From the sequence record SRR20825019_2975: 33,723 bases of DNA. One strand, 5' to 3'. Positions within the stretch are counted from its first letter, which is position 1. Every line of letters begins with the position of its first letter. Below the pieces are notes generated by a model. It was given only the letters and a program-made list of their open reading frames with translations, was not told the origin of the DNA and did not search any database. The translations under genes and the position numbers were made by a program. This document shows, in pieces, positions 1 through 8,876 of this stretch.

Positions 1-1
1 T

Positions 2-1075
2 GGTAAAATGATTTTTTTACAAGGAAGCCCAGAAATGCAAGAAAATAATGGCATAAAAACAGGCAGACTTTCTGGAATAGTGGCGCATTATGTACCTAGT
101 TACCTTCAAAAAAACAGATTGCCAAGTTGGGAAACCAATTGCATTGATGATTGGGAAACCAAGGTAGATGCTGTTGTTGATGAGACAAAGAACGAAAACA
201 TGACGGTAATTAGCGGTATTCCGTCTTGGGTGCAAATGTATTTTGAAAGGCTTCAAAAGAGTTCAGGAAAGAAGGTTGGAGATTTATTCAAAAATTTTAA
301 TTTATTCATTTATGGCGGTGTAAATTTTGAGCCATATCGTGCAAAATTTGAAAATTTAATAGGAAGAAAGGTCGCTAGTATTGAGCTTTTCCCAGCTAGT
401 GAAGGTTTTTTCGCCTTTCAGGATAGCCAAAAAGAAAAAGGGATGTTATTGCTTTTAAATTCAGGAATTTTTTATGAATTTGTAGAAGCTGATACTTTTT
501 TTGATGAAAATCCAAAACGATTAACCATTGGCGAAGTAAAAACTGATGTTAACTATGTGATGCTAATTTCAACAAATGCAGGATTGTGGGCGTATAATCT
601 GGGCGATACCGTACAGTTTACTTCAACTAAACCATATCGCGTTATTGTTTCTGGAAGGATTAAGCATTTTATTTCGGCATTTGGCGAACATGTAATTGGC
701 AAAGAAGTAGAAGAAGCGATGAATAAAGCCATTTCCAAATTCAATTTTTCAATTACTGAATTCAACGTCGCTCCGCAGATTACACCACTTAACGATGAAT
801 TACCCTATCATGAATGGCTGGTGGAGTTTGATGAAATCCCTGAAAACCTTCAAGAAGTGGCAATGTTTCTAGATGCCGAAATGCAGCGACAGAATTCATA
901 TTATTTCGATTTAATTGAAGGGAAAGTACTTCAACCATTAAAAATTACTTCACTTAAAAAAAATAGCTTCCAAGAATTTATGAAATCTCAAGGTAAACTT
1001 GGAGGTCAAAATAAGGTACCGCGCCTTTCTAACGACCGTAAAATAGCGGATGCATTGCTTGAAATTCAGACATAA
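2..1075 (+). CDS. GH3 auxin-responsive promoter family protein (adenylate-forming acyl-amido synthetase-like), 5'-truncated by the window edge
   Basis: The frame is open from position 2 (GGT AAA ATG). Motifs typical of bacterial GH3 proteins: TGRLSGI, SGIPSW, YGGVNFEPY, PASEGFFAFQD, AGLWAYNLGDTVQF, GRIKHFISAFGEHVI, GKLGGQNKVPRLSNDR. Confidence 0.85.
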   Translation, partial: GKMIFLQGSPEMQENNGIKTGRLSGIVAHYVPSYLQKNRLPSWETNCIDDWETKVDAVVDETKNENMTVISGIPSWVQMYFERLQKSSGKKVGDLFKNFNLFIYGGVNFEPYRAKFENLIGRKVASIELFPASEGFFAFQDSQKEKGMLLLLNSGIFYEFVEADTFFDENPKRLTIGEVKTDVNYVMLISTNAGLWAYNLGDTVQFTSTKPYRVIVSGRIKHFISAFGEHVIGKEVEEAMNKAISKFNFSITEFNVAPQITPLNDELPYHEWLVEFDEIPENLQEVAMFLDAEMQRQNSYYFDLIEGKVLQPLKITSLKKNSFQEFMKSQGKLGGQNKVPRLSNDRKIADALLEIQT

Positions 1076-1084
1076 AATTAGTAG

Positions 1085-1092
1085 TATATTTG
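1085..1092 (+). promoter_or_regulatory. Bacteroidota housekeeping promoter -7 box (TAnnTTTG)
   Basis: TATATTTG lies in the short intergenic gap just upstream of ATG 1099. The ORF-track TTG start at 1090 falls inside this box. Confidence 0.5.
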
Positions 1093-1098
1093 CATTTA

Positions 1099-2799
1099 AT
1101 GAACAATTTAAAATCACATACAAGAACGCGTGCTCAGGAGAGTACGGGTGCTATTGAAAGGCTTTACATTACCATGCGCCATCTTTTTAACCGTGGGTTT
1201 TACAAACCGATGGGCGTTTCTGGAGAGTCACTTCGCGAATCATTATTAATACTTCGCCCAGAAATTTATGGTTCTATAAAAGAAGAAAAAATTGAGCTAC
1301 AAGGTTTACTTTATGTTATGGATCGCCTACCTATAGGGATTGAGGAGTGCCGGTTTATAAATTTAACAAGTGATGAAGGGTATAAAAATTCACATTTTGA
1401 ACCTATAATTCCCCTTAAACGACGTAGAAACTGCTACCGGATTGATGCGGAACAGATGAATATTGAAATTACCCGAGGGCGTTCAGAAATCTATGATATT
1501 TTAACGCATTTAACCTTTCTATTTATTGAATCACACAAAATTATGAAGCAAGTAGTCATTGACGAAAGCGGCGATGTGATTCGCGATTGGAAAAAACTTG
1601 AACAAGCAGTTCAGAAAAAAGGCAAGCTTACCCAAGAAGAAAAGGAAGTTGCGCTTACGCATACGGCAAACTTTTTAGGAAGAACTTTTGAAGAAGTAAA
1701 AAATGTATTTCCTTATTTCGCCTCAGAAAAGAATGAAAATCGATTTTTTAATATAATCTATTTCCTTGGTAAACTAGCCATTGACGAAGTAATCGGGAAC
1801 AACCAACGCATTATTACCTTCAGCCCTGTATTGCGGGAGCGTTTAGGGCATCATATTCATGGGGAACAATGGGCATACCGCATAAAACTCACCTTACAAG
1901 AAAAAGGATTGTTAGAACGTCCGCTACACATTATTAGCGCGAATATGCATAGTGTAATGAATAGTATTTATGCTCCAAAAGCACTGGCTGCAGAGTTTTC
2001 AAAGAAAAAACCCATGGAGGTATTTGAAATGCTAAGCAGTCCAACAAATATTAAACTACGCGAAAAGGTTACTAAAGCGGCACTTAATGAAGGCATGGTC
2101 TTTATTGAAGATAAAAGCGGCACCAACATAGACGTTCAGCTAATTGATACCGAAAAAATAAAGAATAGTCCATATTCAGAAGGATTAGCGAGCTTTGAAG
2201 CTTCACAGAAACCTGTAATTATTGTAATGGATTACGCTTTTGGTGAGCAGGCTTATGAAACCATGGATGAACTTTTAAAACCTTTTGTAGATGCAACAAA
2301 AGTGCGCCATTTTTTAAACATAGTTTCTGTTTCAATTATGGGGAAAGCAGGTATTTTAGAAGGCGGAAAAGGCGATATTATGATTCCGTCAGCCCATGTT
2401 TTTGAAGGGACTGCGGATAATTACCCTTTTAAAAATAAATTAAAAAAATCACATTTTAAAGACGACGATGTTCAAGTTTGTACTGGAGCAATGATATCTG
2501 TTTTGGGAACTTCCCTTCAAAATAGAGATGTACTTAAGTTTTTCCATAATTCCACGTGGAATGTTATTGGTTTGGAAATGGAAGGCGCACATTATCAAAA
2601 AGCAATTCAAGCAGCTGCAAAAATTCGCCGAAGCATAAGCCCAAAAGTAAAAGTGAGATATGCATATTATGCTTCAGATAATCCATTAGAAACAGGAAGC
2701 ACTTTAGCTTCGGGTGGTTTGGGAACAAGTGGCGTAAAACCTACGTATTTGATTACCGGAAAAATGTTAAAACAGATTTTAGACACTTCTAAAAAATAA
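1099..2799 (+). CDS. Conserved Bacteroidota hypothetical protein (DUF6909-like) with a C-terminal nucleoside-phosphorylase-like fold
   Basis: Long ORF; ATG 1099 is preferred over TTG 1090. C-terminal IMGKAGILEGGKGDIMIP and GLEMEG resemble PNP/UDP-phosphorylase family motifs. Confidence 0.6.
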   Translation: MNNLKSHTRTRAQESTGAIERLYITMRHLFNRGFYKPMGVSGESLRESLLILRPEIYGSIKEEKIELQGLLYVMDRLPIGIEECRFINLTSDEGYKNSHFEPIIPLKRRRNCYRIDAEQMNIEITRGRSEIYDILTHLTFLFIESHKIMKQVVIDESGDVIRDWKKLEQAVQKKGKLTQEEKEVALTHTANFLGRTFEEVKNVFPYFASEKNENRFFNIIYFLGKLAIDEVIGNNQRIITFSPVLRERLGHHIHGEQWAYRIKLTLQEKGLLERPLHIISANMHSVMNSIYAPKALAAEFSKKKPMEVFEMLSSPTNIKLREKVTKAALNEGMVFIEDKSGTNIDVQLIDTEKIKNSPYSEGLASFEASQKPVIIVMDYAFGEQAYETMDELLKPFVDATKVRHFLNIVSVSIMGKAGILEGGKGDIMIPSAHVFEGTADNYPFKNKLKKSHFKDDDVQVCTGAMISVLGTSLQNRDVLKFFHNSTWNVIGLEMEGAHYQKAIQAAAKIRRSISPKVKVRYAYYASDNPLETGSTLASGGLGTSGVKPTYLITGKMLKQILDTSKK

Positions 2800-2801
2800 T
2801 T

Positions 2802-3812
2802 TTGAAAGATATTAAAGTACTGATTACTGGAGGCGCAGGATTTATAGGTTCTAATTATGTGGAATACGTCCGTAAAAATTCAGAAGATGAAATATTCGTG
2901 CTGGATAAGCTTACCTACGCCGGAAATATGAAGAATTTGGAAGCTGTTTCCGATAAAATCACTTTTATAAAAGGAGATATTTGCGATTTAGATTTAGTTC
3001 AAAAATTATTTACCGAACATAAATTTCAGAAAGTAGTTCATTTTGCGGCGGAAAGCCATGTGGATAATTCTATATCGGGTCCTTCGGAATTTATTCAAAC
3101 AAATATTGTAGGCACCTTCAATTTACTTCAAAGTGCCTATAAAACATGGATGGACGGTCCAAATATGTTGAAAGAAGATTTTAATGAAGCACGATTTCTT
3201 CACATTTCTACCGATGAGGTTTATGGAACTTTAGGAGAAACAGGGCTTTTTACGGAAGAAACTTCATATGCGCCAAACAGCCCGTACAGTGCTTCAAAAG
3301 CTTCGTCAGATTTTATTGTTCGCAGTTATTTTCACACTTACGGAATGCCTGTTGTTACTACCAATTGCTCAAATAATTACGGTCCCAATCAGCATAAAGA
3401 AAAATTAATTCCGACGATTATCAGAAAAGCAATTTCAGCTGCACCAATCCCAATTTATGGCGATGGAAAAAACATTCGGGATTGGCTTTATGTAACGGAT
3501 CATTGCAGCGGAATTTATTTAGTTTTGGAAAAAGGAAAATTAGGAGAAACTTATAATATTGGCGGTAACAACGAGCGTGAAAACTTATATATTGCGCATG
3601 TTATCTGTGAATTGTTGGATGAAATACGCCCTAAAAACGGTTCTTATAAAGAACAGGTAACCTTCGTAAAAGACCGACCTGGACATGATTTTAGATATGC
3701 TATTGATGCTTCAAAAATAGAAAATGAACTTGGCTGGAAAGCCAACGAAAATTTTGAAAGTGGCATTCGAAAAACGATCGAATGGTATTTAAATAATAGC
3801 GACAGGCTCTAA
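2802..3812 (+). CDS. rfbB: dTDP-glucose 4,6-dehydratase
   Basis: ITGGAGFIGSN, DKLTYAGN, HFAAESHVD, HISTDEVYG, PNSPYSASKA, NNYGP, DRPGHDFRYAID. The TTG start is needed to include the Rossmann motif. Confidence 0.97.
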   Translation: MKDIKVLITGGAGFIGSNYVEYVRKNSEDEIFVLDKLTYAGNMKNLEAVSDKITFIKGDICDLDLVQKLFTEHKFQKVVHFAAESHVDNSISGPSEFIQTNIVGTFNLLQSAYKTWMDGPNMLKEDFNEARFLHISTDEVYGTLGETGLFTEETSYAPNSPYSASKASSDFIVRSYFHTYGMPVVTTNCSNNYGPNQHKEKLIPTIIRKAISAAPIPIYGDGKNIRDWLYVTDHCSGIYLVLEKGKLGETYNIGGNNERENLYIAHVICELLDEIRPKNGSYKEQVTFVKDRPGHDFRYAIDASKIENELGWKANENFESGIRKTIEWYLNNSDRL

Positions 3813-3820
3813 AATAACAC

Positions 3821-3851
3821 TTGTATAACACATTGTTATTAACTATATTTG
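3821..3851 (+). promoter_or_regulatory. Toxin-antitoxin operon promoter (TTG-N20-TATATTTG) with a palindromic operator ATAACA-cat-TGTTAT
   Basis: TTG at 3821-3823 and TATATTTG at 3844-3851 with a 20-nt spacer. Inverted repeat at 3825-3839 lies between the boxes. Confidence 0.65.
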
Positions 3852-3875
3852 AAAGAATATTTTAAGAGAGAAATT

Positions 3876-4115
3876 ATGAAAGTACAAACCGCATTAAGAT
3901 TTGATAAGGATTTGTTGGAGCTCGTAAAAGAAAAGGCAAAAGCTCAAAAACGTAGCTTAAATAATTATATTGAATTTTTGTTATATAAAGAGGTAGGGAA
4001 TATTCCAAATGCCGAAACACAGCAAGCAATTTATGAAGCTCATAATGACATAAATCTTACAAAAATCCCTAATCTAGATAAGTATTTGGAAGATATAATG
4101 AATGATAGCGATTGA
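3876..4115 (+). CDS. Ribbon-helix-helix antitoxin (DinJ/RelB-like)
   Basis: N-terminal QTALRFDKDLLELVKEKAKAQKRSLNNYIEFLL fits an RHH pattern, followed by PNAETQQAIYEA as in DinJ/RelB. It precedes the toxin with a TGATG overlap. ATG 3876 is preferred over TTG 3849. Confidence 0.8.
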   Translation: MKVQTALRFDKDLLELVKEKAKAQKRSLNNYIEFLLYKEVGNIPNAETQQAIYEAHNDINLTKIPNLDKYLEDIMNDSD

Positions 4116-4396
4116 TGTACGAATTAATTGAAACTTCTAAATTTAGAAAAGATATTAAAAGAATTTTTAAAAGAAGTGGAGCAGACTTTGCGCTAGTTTC
4201 AGAAGTTCTTCATCTACTTGAAATAGATGGCGTTAAAGGTATACCGCTAACTATGAAACCCCATAAGTTGAAGGGAAAATATAGGGGTGATTGGGAATGC
4301 CACCTTAAACCAGATTTATTGATTATTTGGTTTCAAATAGAAGCACCAAAAACTATAAAATTGATTAGAATCGGTTCCCATTCCGATTTGTTTTAA
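4115..4396 (+). CDS. yafQ: Type II toxin, YafQ family (RelE/ParE superfamily mRNA interferase)
   Basis: TSKFRKDIKR, HKLKGKYRGDWECHLKPDLLII and the C-terminal RIGSHSDLF YafQ signature. Confidence 0.9.
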   Translation: MYELIETSKFRKDIKRIFKRSGADFALVSEVLHLLEIDGVKGIPLTMKPHKLKGKYRGDWECHLKPDLLIIWFQIEAPKTIKLIRIGSHSDLF

Positions 4397-4455
4397 TAAT
4401 GAACTGCGAATACGTGTGTTTTATTTTTATGTATCCGTGGTAAAATTTTCAATAG

Positions 4456-5313
4456 ATGAAAGGAATAATTTTAGCAGGAGGTTCAGGCACCAGATTACAC
4501 CCAATTACATTGGCGGTAAGCAAGCAGTTAATGCCAGTTTATGACAAACCGATGATTTATTATCCGCTGTCAACACTTATGTATGCTGGGATTACTGAAA
4601 TTTTAATTATTTCAACACCGCAAGATCTTCCTTTGTTTAAACAACTTTTGGGTGATGGGAAAAAGCTGGGTTGTAATTTTCAATATGCCGAACAAGCCGA
4701 ACCAAATGGGCTTGCGGAAGCTTTTATTATAGGAAAAGAATTTATTGGCTCAGATAAAGTAGCTTTAATCTTAGGCGATAATATTTTTTATGGCTCTGGT
4801 TTGAAGGAATTGCTTCAATCTAATAACAATCCCGATGGCGGTGTAATTTATGCGTATCACGTTTTAGATCCTGAACGCTATGGAGTGGTTGAATTCGATA
4901 AAAATGGAAAAGCGCTTTCTATTGAAGAAAAGCCTATAGTCCCAAAATCAAATTTTGCAGTTCCAGGAATCTATTTTTACGATAATAGTGTGGTAGAAAT
5001 TGCTGCAAATATAAAACCGAGCGCCCGCGGCGAACTTGAAATAACAGATGTGAACAACGTGTATTTAAAACAAGGAAAACTAAATGTTAGTATACTTGAT
5101 AAAGGTACGGCTTGGTTAGATACAGGTACTTTTGCATCCTTAATGCAAGCAGCACAATTTGTTGAGGTTATTGAAGAAAGACAAGGCTTAAAAATTGGTG
5201 CCATTGAAGAAGCTGCTTATGAAATGGGTTATATTTCAAAAGAACAACTCATAAAATTAGCAGAGCCATTAATGAAAAGTGGTTACGGAAAACATTTAAT
5301 TCAACTAGATTAA
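4456..5313 (+). CDS. rfbA: Glucose-1-phosphate thymidylyltransferase
   Basis: [62 protein letters not shown]. Confidence 0.98.
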   Translation: MKGIILAGGSGTRLHPITLAVSKQLMPVYDKPMIYYPLSTLMYAGITEILIISTPQDLPLFKQLLGDGKKLGCNFQYAEQAEPNGLAEAFIIGKEFIGSDKVALILGDNIFYGSGLKELLQSNNNPDGGVIYAYHVLDPERYGVVEFDKNGKALSIEEKPIVPKSNFAVPGIYFYDNSVVEIAANIKPSARGELEITDVNNVYLKQGKLNVSILDKGTAWLDTGTFASLMQAAQFVEVIEERQGLKIGAIEEAAYEMGYISKEQLIKLAEPLMKSGYGKHLIQLD

Positions 5314-5315
5314 TT

Positions 5316-5861
5316 TTGGAATTACAAAAAACACCATTAAAAGATTGTTTTATCTTAAAACCAAATGTTTTTAGAGATGAACGCGGGCTTTTTTACGAAA
5401 CCTACAATCAAAAAGTTTTTGAAAAAACCACTGGCCTGAATGTAGATTTTGTACAGGACAATCAATCTGTTTCCACAAAAGGTGTGTTGCGAGGGCTTCA
5501 TTTTCAAAATGGTGCAATGGCACAAGCAAAGCTAGTTCGGGTAGTACAGGGGAAAGTTTTAGATATTGTTGTAGATATACGAAAGGATTCTAAAACTTTT
5601 GGAAAATCATTTTCTATTATTCTGGACGATTTGGAACATTTGCAACTTTTTGTGCCACGTGGCTTTGCACATGGATTTATTACACTTTCAGAAACATCTA
5701 TTTTTTCATATAAATGTGATAATTATTACGATAAAGCTTCCGAAAGCGGAATTATCTATAATGACGCAACCTTAGCGCTGGATTGGCATCTTTCAAAGGA
5801 AGAATTTATTATTTCAGAAAAAGATTTAGAACTTTCCACTTTTGAGAAAGCGATTTCATGA
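5316..5861 (+). CDS. rfbC: dTDP-4-dehydrorhamnose 3,5-epimerase
   Basis: FRDERGLFYE, FVQDNQS, GVLRGLHFQ, QAKLVRV, VPRGFAHGF, YKCDNYY. Confidence 0.97.
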   Translation: MELQKTPLKDCFILKPNVFRDERGLFYETYNQKVFEKTTGLNVDFVQDNQSVSTKGVLRGLHFQNGAMAQAKLVRVVQGKVLDIVVDIRKDSKTFGKSFSIILDDLEHLQLFVPRGFAHGFITLSETSIFSYKCDNYYDKASESGIIYNDATLALDWHLSKEEFIISEKDLELSTFEKAIS

Positions 5862-6721
5862 GAAAAATATTGGTAACAGGTGCGAATGGACAACTGGGCA
5901 GCTGCATAAAAGATGCTGCTACCAACTTTCCCGACCTTGATTTTGTCTTTGTTTCAAAAGAAGAGCTAGCTATTGAAAAAACAGAGCTGCTGACAGATTT
6001 CTTTAGAAAAAATTCTTTTGATTATTGTATAAATACCGCGGCTTACACGAATGTTGAACAGGCAGAAACCGAAAAAGAGCGTGCGTTTGCTATTAATGGC
6101 GAAGCGGTTAAAAACTTAGCTGAAAGCTGTAAAAAAAATGATGTTGTTTTAATTCATATTTCTACAGACTATGTGTTTGATGGAAAAAAGAAATCACCGT
6201 ATTTAGAAACAGATAGTACAAACCCGCTTAATGTTTATGGAGCTTCCAAGCTAAAAGGGGAACGCTATATTCAAGAAATTTGCACTAAATATTACATTTT
6301 TAGAACCTCGTGGTTGTATTCGCAGTATGGACATAATTTTTTAAAAACCATATTGAAGTATTCACAGGAAAATAAACCGCTTACCATTACTACCGAACAA
6401 ACAGGAACTCCAACAAATGCCAACGATTTAGCGAATGCATTGCTTCAGGTAATTGTTCAAAATTCAACAGATTATGGCATGTATCATTACAGTAATAGTG
6501 GGGAAACAACATGGTTTGGCTTTGCGGAAGAAATCCTTCGGCAAACTGAAAAATTAAAAGATGCAAATCTTGCAAAAACCAATCATTACCGTACTTTTGC
6601 GACAAGACCGGAGTATAGTGTTTTGGGTAATACAAAGGCTCAGAATAAGTTAAGATTGAAATATATAGATTGGCGGGAAAGCTTACAATCTGTATTAAAA
6701 AGTGTAATTAATTTATATTAA
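5858..6721 (+). CDS. rfbD: dTDP-4-dehydrorhamnose reductase
   Basis: LVTGANGQLG, AAYTNVEQAE, HISTDYVFDG, PLNVYGASKLKGE, RTSWLY. ATGA overlap with rfbC. Confidence 0.97.
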   Translation: MRKILVTGANGQLGSCIKDAATNFPDLDFVFVSKEELAIEKTELLTDFFRKNSFDYCINTAAYTNVEQAETEKERAFAINGEAVKNLAESCKKNDVVLIHISTDYVFDGKKKSPYLETDSTNPLNVYGASKLKGERYIQEICTKYYIFRTSWLYSQYGHNFLKTILKYSQENKPLTITTEQTGTPTNANDLANALLQVIVQNSTDYGMYHYSNSGETTWFGFAEEILRQTEKLKDANLAKTNHYRTFATRPEYSVLGNTKAQNKLRLKYIDWRESLQSVLKSVINLY

Positions 6722-6729
6722 TAGATGTT

Positions 6730-7692
6730 ATGGCACAGCAAAACTCAACAGAAGAGATTGATTTAGGATATCTTTTTAAGAAGTCTAATGATGTTTTTAA
6801 AAGTATAATCAGAGGAGGTTTTCAGATTTTAGCTTTTTTCAAAAAGTATTTCATTATTGTACTTGTTCTTGTACTGGCTGGTTTTGCTTACGGTTACTAC
6901 AAAGATTTAAATGTTGTAAAAAATTACTCTAATGAGTTGATTGTAATTCCTAATTTTGAGAGTGTAGATTATCTATATGATAAAGTAAATGCTATTAATT
7001 TAAAAATTGCAGCCGGAGATACAATTTATCTTCAACGTATCGTCGATACAAACTTTAGAAAAATTGCTGGTATTGAAGTTGAACCTATTGCTGACATCTA
7101 TAATTTCATTTCAAAATCAAGAGAAAATATTGACATCTTTAGAATTATAGCAGATAAGCAAGATTTTTCAGAATATTTAGAAGATGTTGCTATAAGTAAG
7201 TATTATAAATACCATCGTTTAAAGATTTCAGTTATAGGAAATCAATCTTCAGAGAAGATAGTTAATGATGTTTTGGCTTTCCTAAATGAGAATGAACACT
7301 TTAATAATTATAAAAATGCATTAAGTGAAGCAAAAGATTTTGAGATTAGTGAGTATTATAAAATGATTTCTCAAATTGATTCTCTTGTTAAAGCAAGTTC
7401 TTCAATAAGCAAAATGAATCCTTCGGTAGCAGTTAATAATAATAGTGATCAACATTACTTAATTGAACGAAAAAGGTTAATTCTTGAAGATTTATTCCGT
7501 CTTAAAATGGAGAAAATAGATTTTACGAAGCCTATAAAGAAAGTTAATGTAGATTATAATATAGAAACTAAACGATTTTTATCATTTTCAAATAAAATAA
7601 AATATCCAATATATTTATTACTCCTCTTTTCTTTAACTTTTTTGATAATTACTTTATTCAAAAATCTAAAGAAATATGCTAATTCCAATTAA
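6730..7692 (+). CDS. Wzz-like polysaccharide chain-length regulator / co-polymerase
   Basis: EEIDL near the N-terminus, one N-terminal and one C-terminal hydrophobic helix flanking a roughly 230-aa soluble region, located in a polysaccharide locus. Confidence 0.65.
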   Translation: MAQQNSTEEIDLGYLFKKSNDVFKSIIRGGFQILAFFKKYFIIVLVLVLAGFAYGYYKDLNVVKNYSNELIVIPNFESVDYLYDKVNAINLKIAAGDTIYLQRIVDTNFRKIAGIEVEPIADIYNFISKSRENIDIFRIIADKQDFSEYLEDVAISKYYKYHRLKISVIGNQSSEKIVNDVLAFLNENEHFNNYKNALSEAKDFEISEYYKMISQIDSLVKASSSISKMNPSVAVNNNSDQHYLIERKRLILEDLFRLKMEKIDFTKPIKKVNVDYNIETKRFLSFSNKIKYPIYLLLLFSLTFLIITLFKNLKKYANSN

Positions 7693-7739
7693 TTTATTTG
7701 GAAGCATTCAAGAAAATTTTAGTTTTTTAAATTTAATAG

Positions 7740-8876
7740 ATGTCTAAGATAAACCTTATTGTATTTGGCACTAGACCTGAAGCAATTAAAATGGCTCCAC
7801 TAGTTCAAAATTTCTTAAAAAATAAAGATTTTAAAACTAAAGTTTGTGTAACGGCTCAACATCGTGAAATGCTAGATCAAGTTTTGGATTTTTTTGAAAT
7901 CGTCCCTGATTATGATTTAAATTTAATGCGCCCTAATCAGAATTTATATACGTTAACTGCTTCAATAATAGAAAACATGAAGCCTGTTCTTGATGAAGTT
8001 AAACCAGATTATGTATACGTACATGGAGACACCACAACATCAATGGCGGTAGGGATTGCAGCATTTTATAGTGGCGCCAAAATATGTCATGTTGAAGCTG
8101 GATTACGTACTTTTGATAGGAAATATCCATTTCCTGAAGAATTTAACCGTCAACTTACAGGTAAAATTGCCGATTACCACTTTGCACCTACAGAACTTTC
8201 CAGAAAAAATCTTTTAGCTGAAAATATTTCAGAAAAACACACATTAATTACCGGAAATACTGTTATTGATGCTCTTCTTTATGGGATTGAAAAAGTAAAT
8301 TCTACAGGATTTAAAGACAATGAGATTGAAAAATTGAAGACTTTTTTAGACTTTCAAAAAAAGATAATTTTAGTTACTGGTCATAGAAGAGAGAACCATG
8401 GTGAAGGTTTAATTAATATCTGTGCTGCTTTAAAAACCATAGCAATACAAAATCCAGATGTTCAAATTATTTACCCGGTACATTTAAATCCAAATGTTTT
8501 GGAACCAGTACATAATTTACTTTCAGGTTTCTCTAATATCTTTTTAGTGGAGCCTCTTGCATATCCTGCATTTATCTGGCTTATGGAAAAATCGTTTTTA
8601 ATAATTACCGATAGCGGAGGTATTCAAGAAGAAGCACCAAGTTTGGGAAAACCTGTTTTAGTAACACGAGATACAACTGAAAGGCCTGAAGCTGTAGAAG
8701 AAGGAACAGTTTTGTTAGTAGGCACAGATACTGAAAAAATTATCGTTCAAACTCAAAAATTATTGGACGAAACAGCATATTATAAAAACATGAGTCAGCT
8801 TCACAATCCGTATGGTGATGGTAAAGCTTCGGCTAGAATTGTAAATTTCATTAAGAATTTAAATCATGGAGCATAA
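7740..8876 (+). CDS. wecB: UDP-N-acetylglucosamine 2-epimerase (non-hydrolysing)
   Basis: FGTRPEAIKMAP, TAQHREMLDQV, VHGDTTT, HVEAGLRT, PFPEEFNR, HRREN, TDSGGIQEEAPSLGKP, NPYGDGKAS. Confidence 0.97.
   Translation: MSKINLIVFGTRPEAIKMAPLVQNFLKNKDFKTKVCVTAQHREMLDQVLDFFEIVPDYDLNLMRPNQNLYTLTASIIENMKPVLDEVKPDYVYVHGDTTTSMAVGIAAFYSGAKICHVEAGLRTFDRKYPFPEEFNRQLTGKIADYHFAPTELSRKNLLAENISEKHTLITGNTVIDALLYGIEKVNSTGFKDNEIEKLKTFLDFQKKIILVTGHRRENHGEGLINICAALKTIAIQNPDVQIIYPVHLNPNVLEPVHNLLSGFSNIFLVEPLAYPAFIWLMEKSFLIITDSGGIQEEAPSLGKPVLVTRDTTERPEAVEEGTVLLVGTDTEKIIVQTQKLLDETAYYKNMSQLHNPYGDGKASARIVNFIKNLNHGA

Noticed and set aside
3813-4455. TA module as an IS or transposon
   Set aside because: No transposase, terminal inverted repeats or target-site duplication seen.
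2797-5318. Identical TAATTTTG junctions at 2797-2804 and 5311-5318 that match the TAnnTTTG promoter box
   Set aside because: Each is a stop codon + TT + the TTG start of rfbB or rfbC. A promoter here would start transcription downstream of the required start codon.
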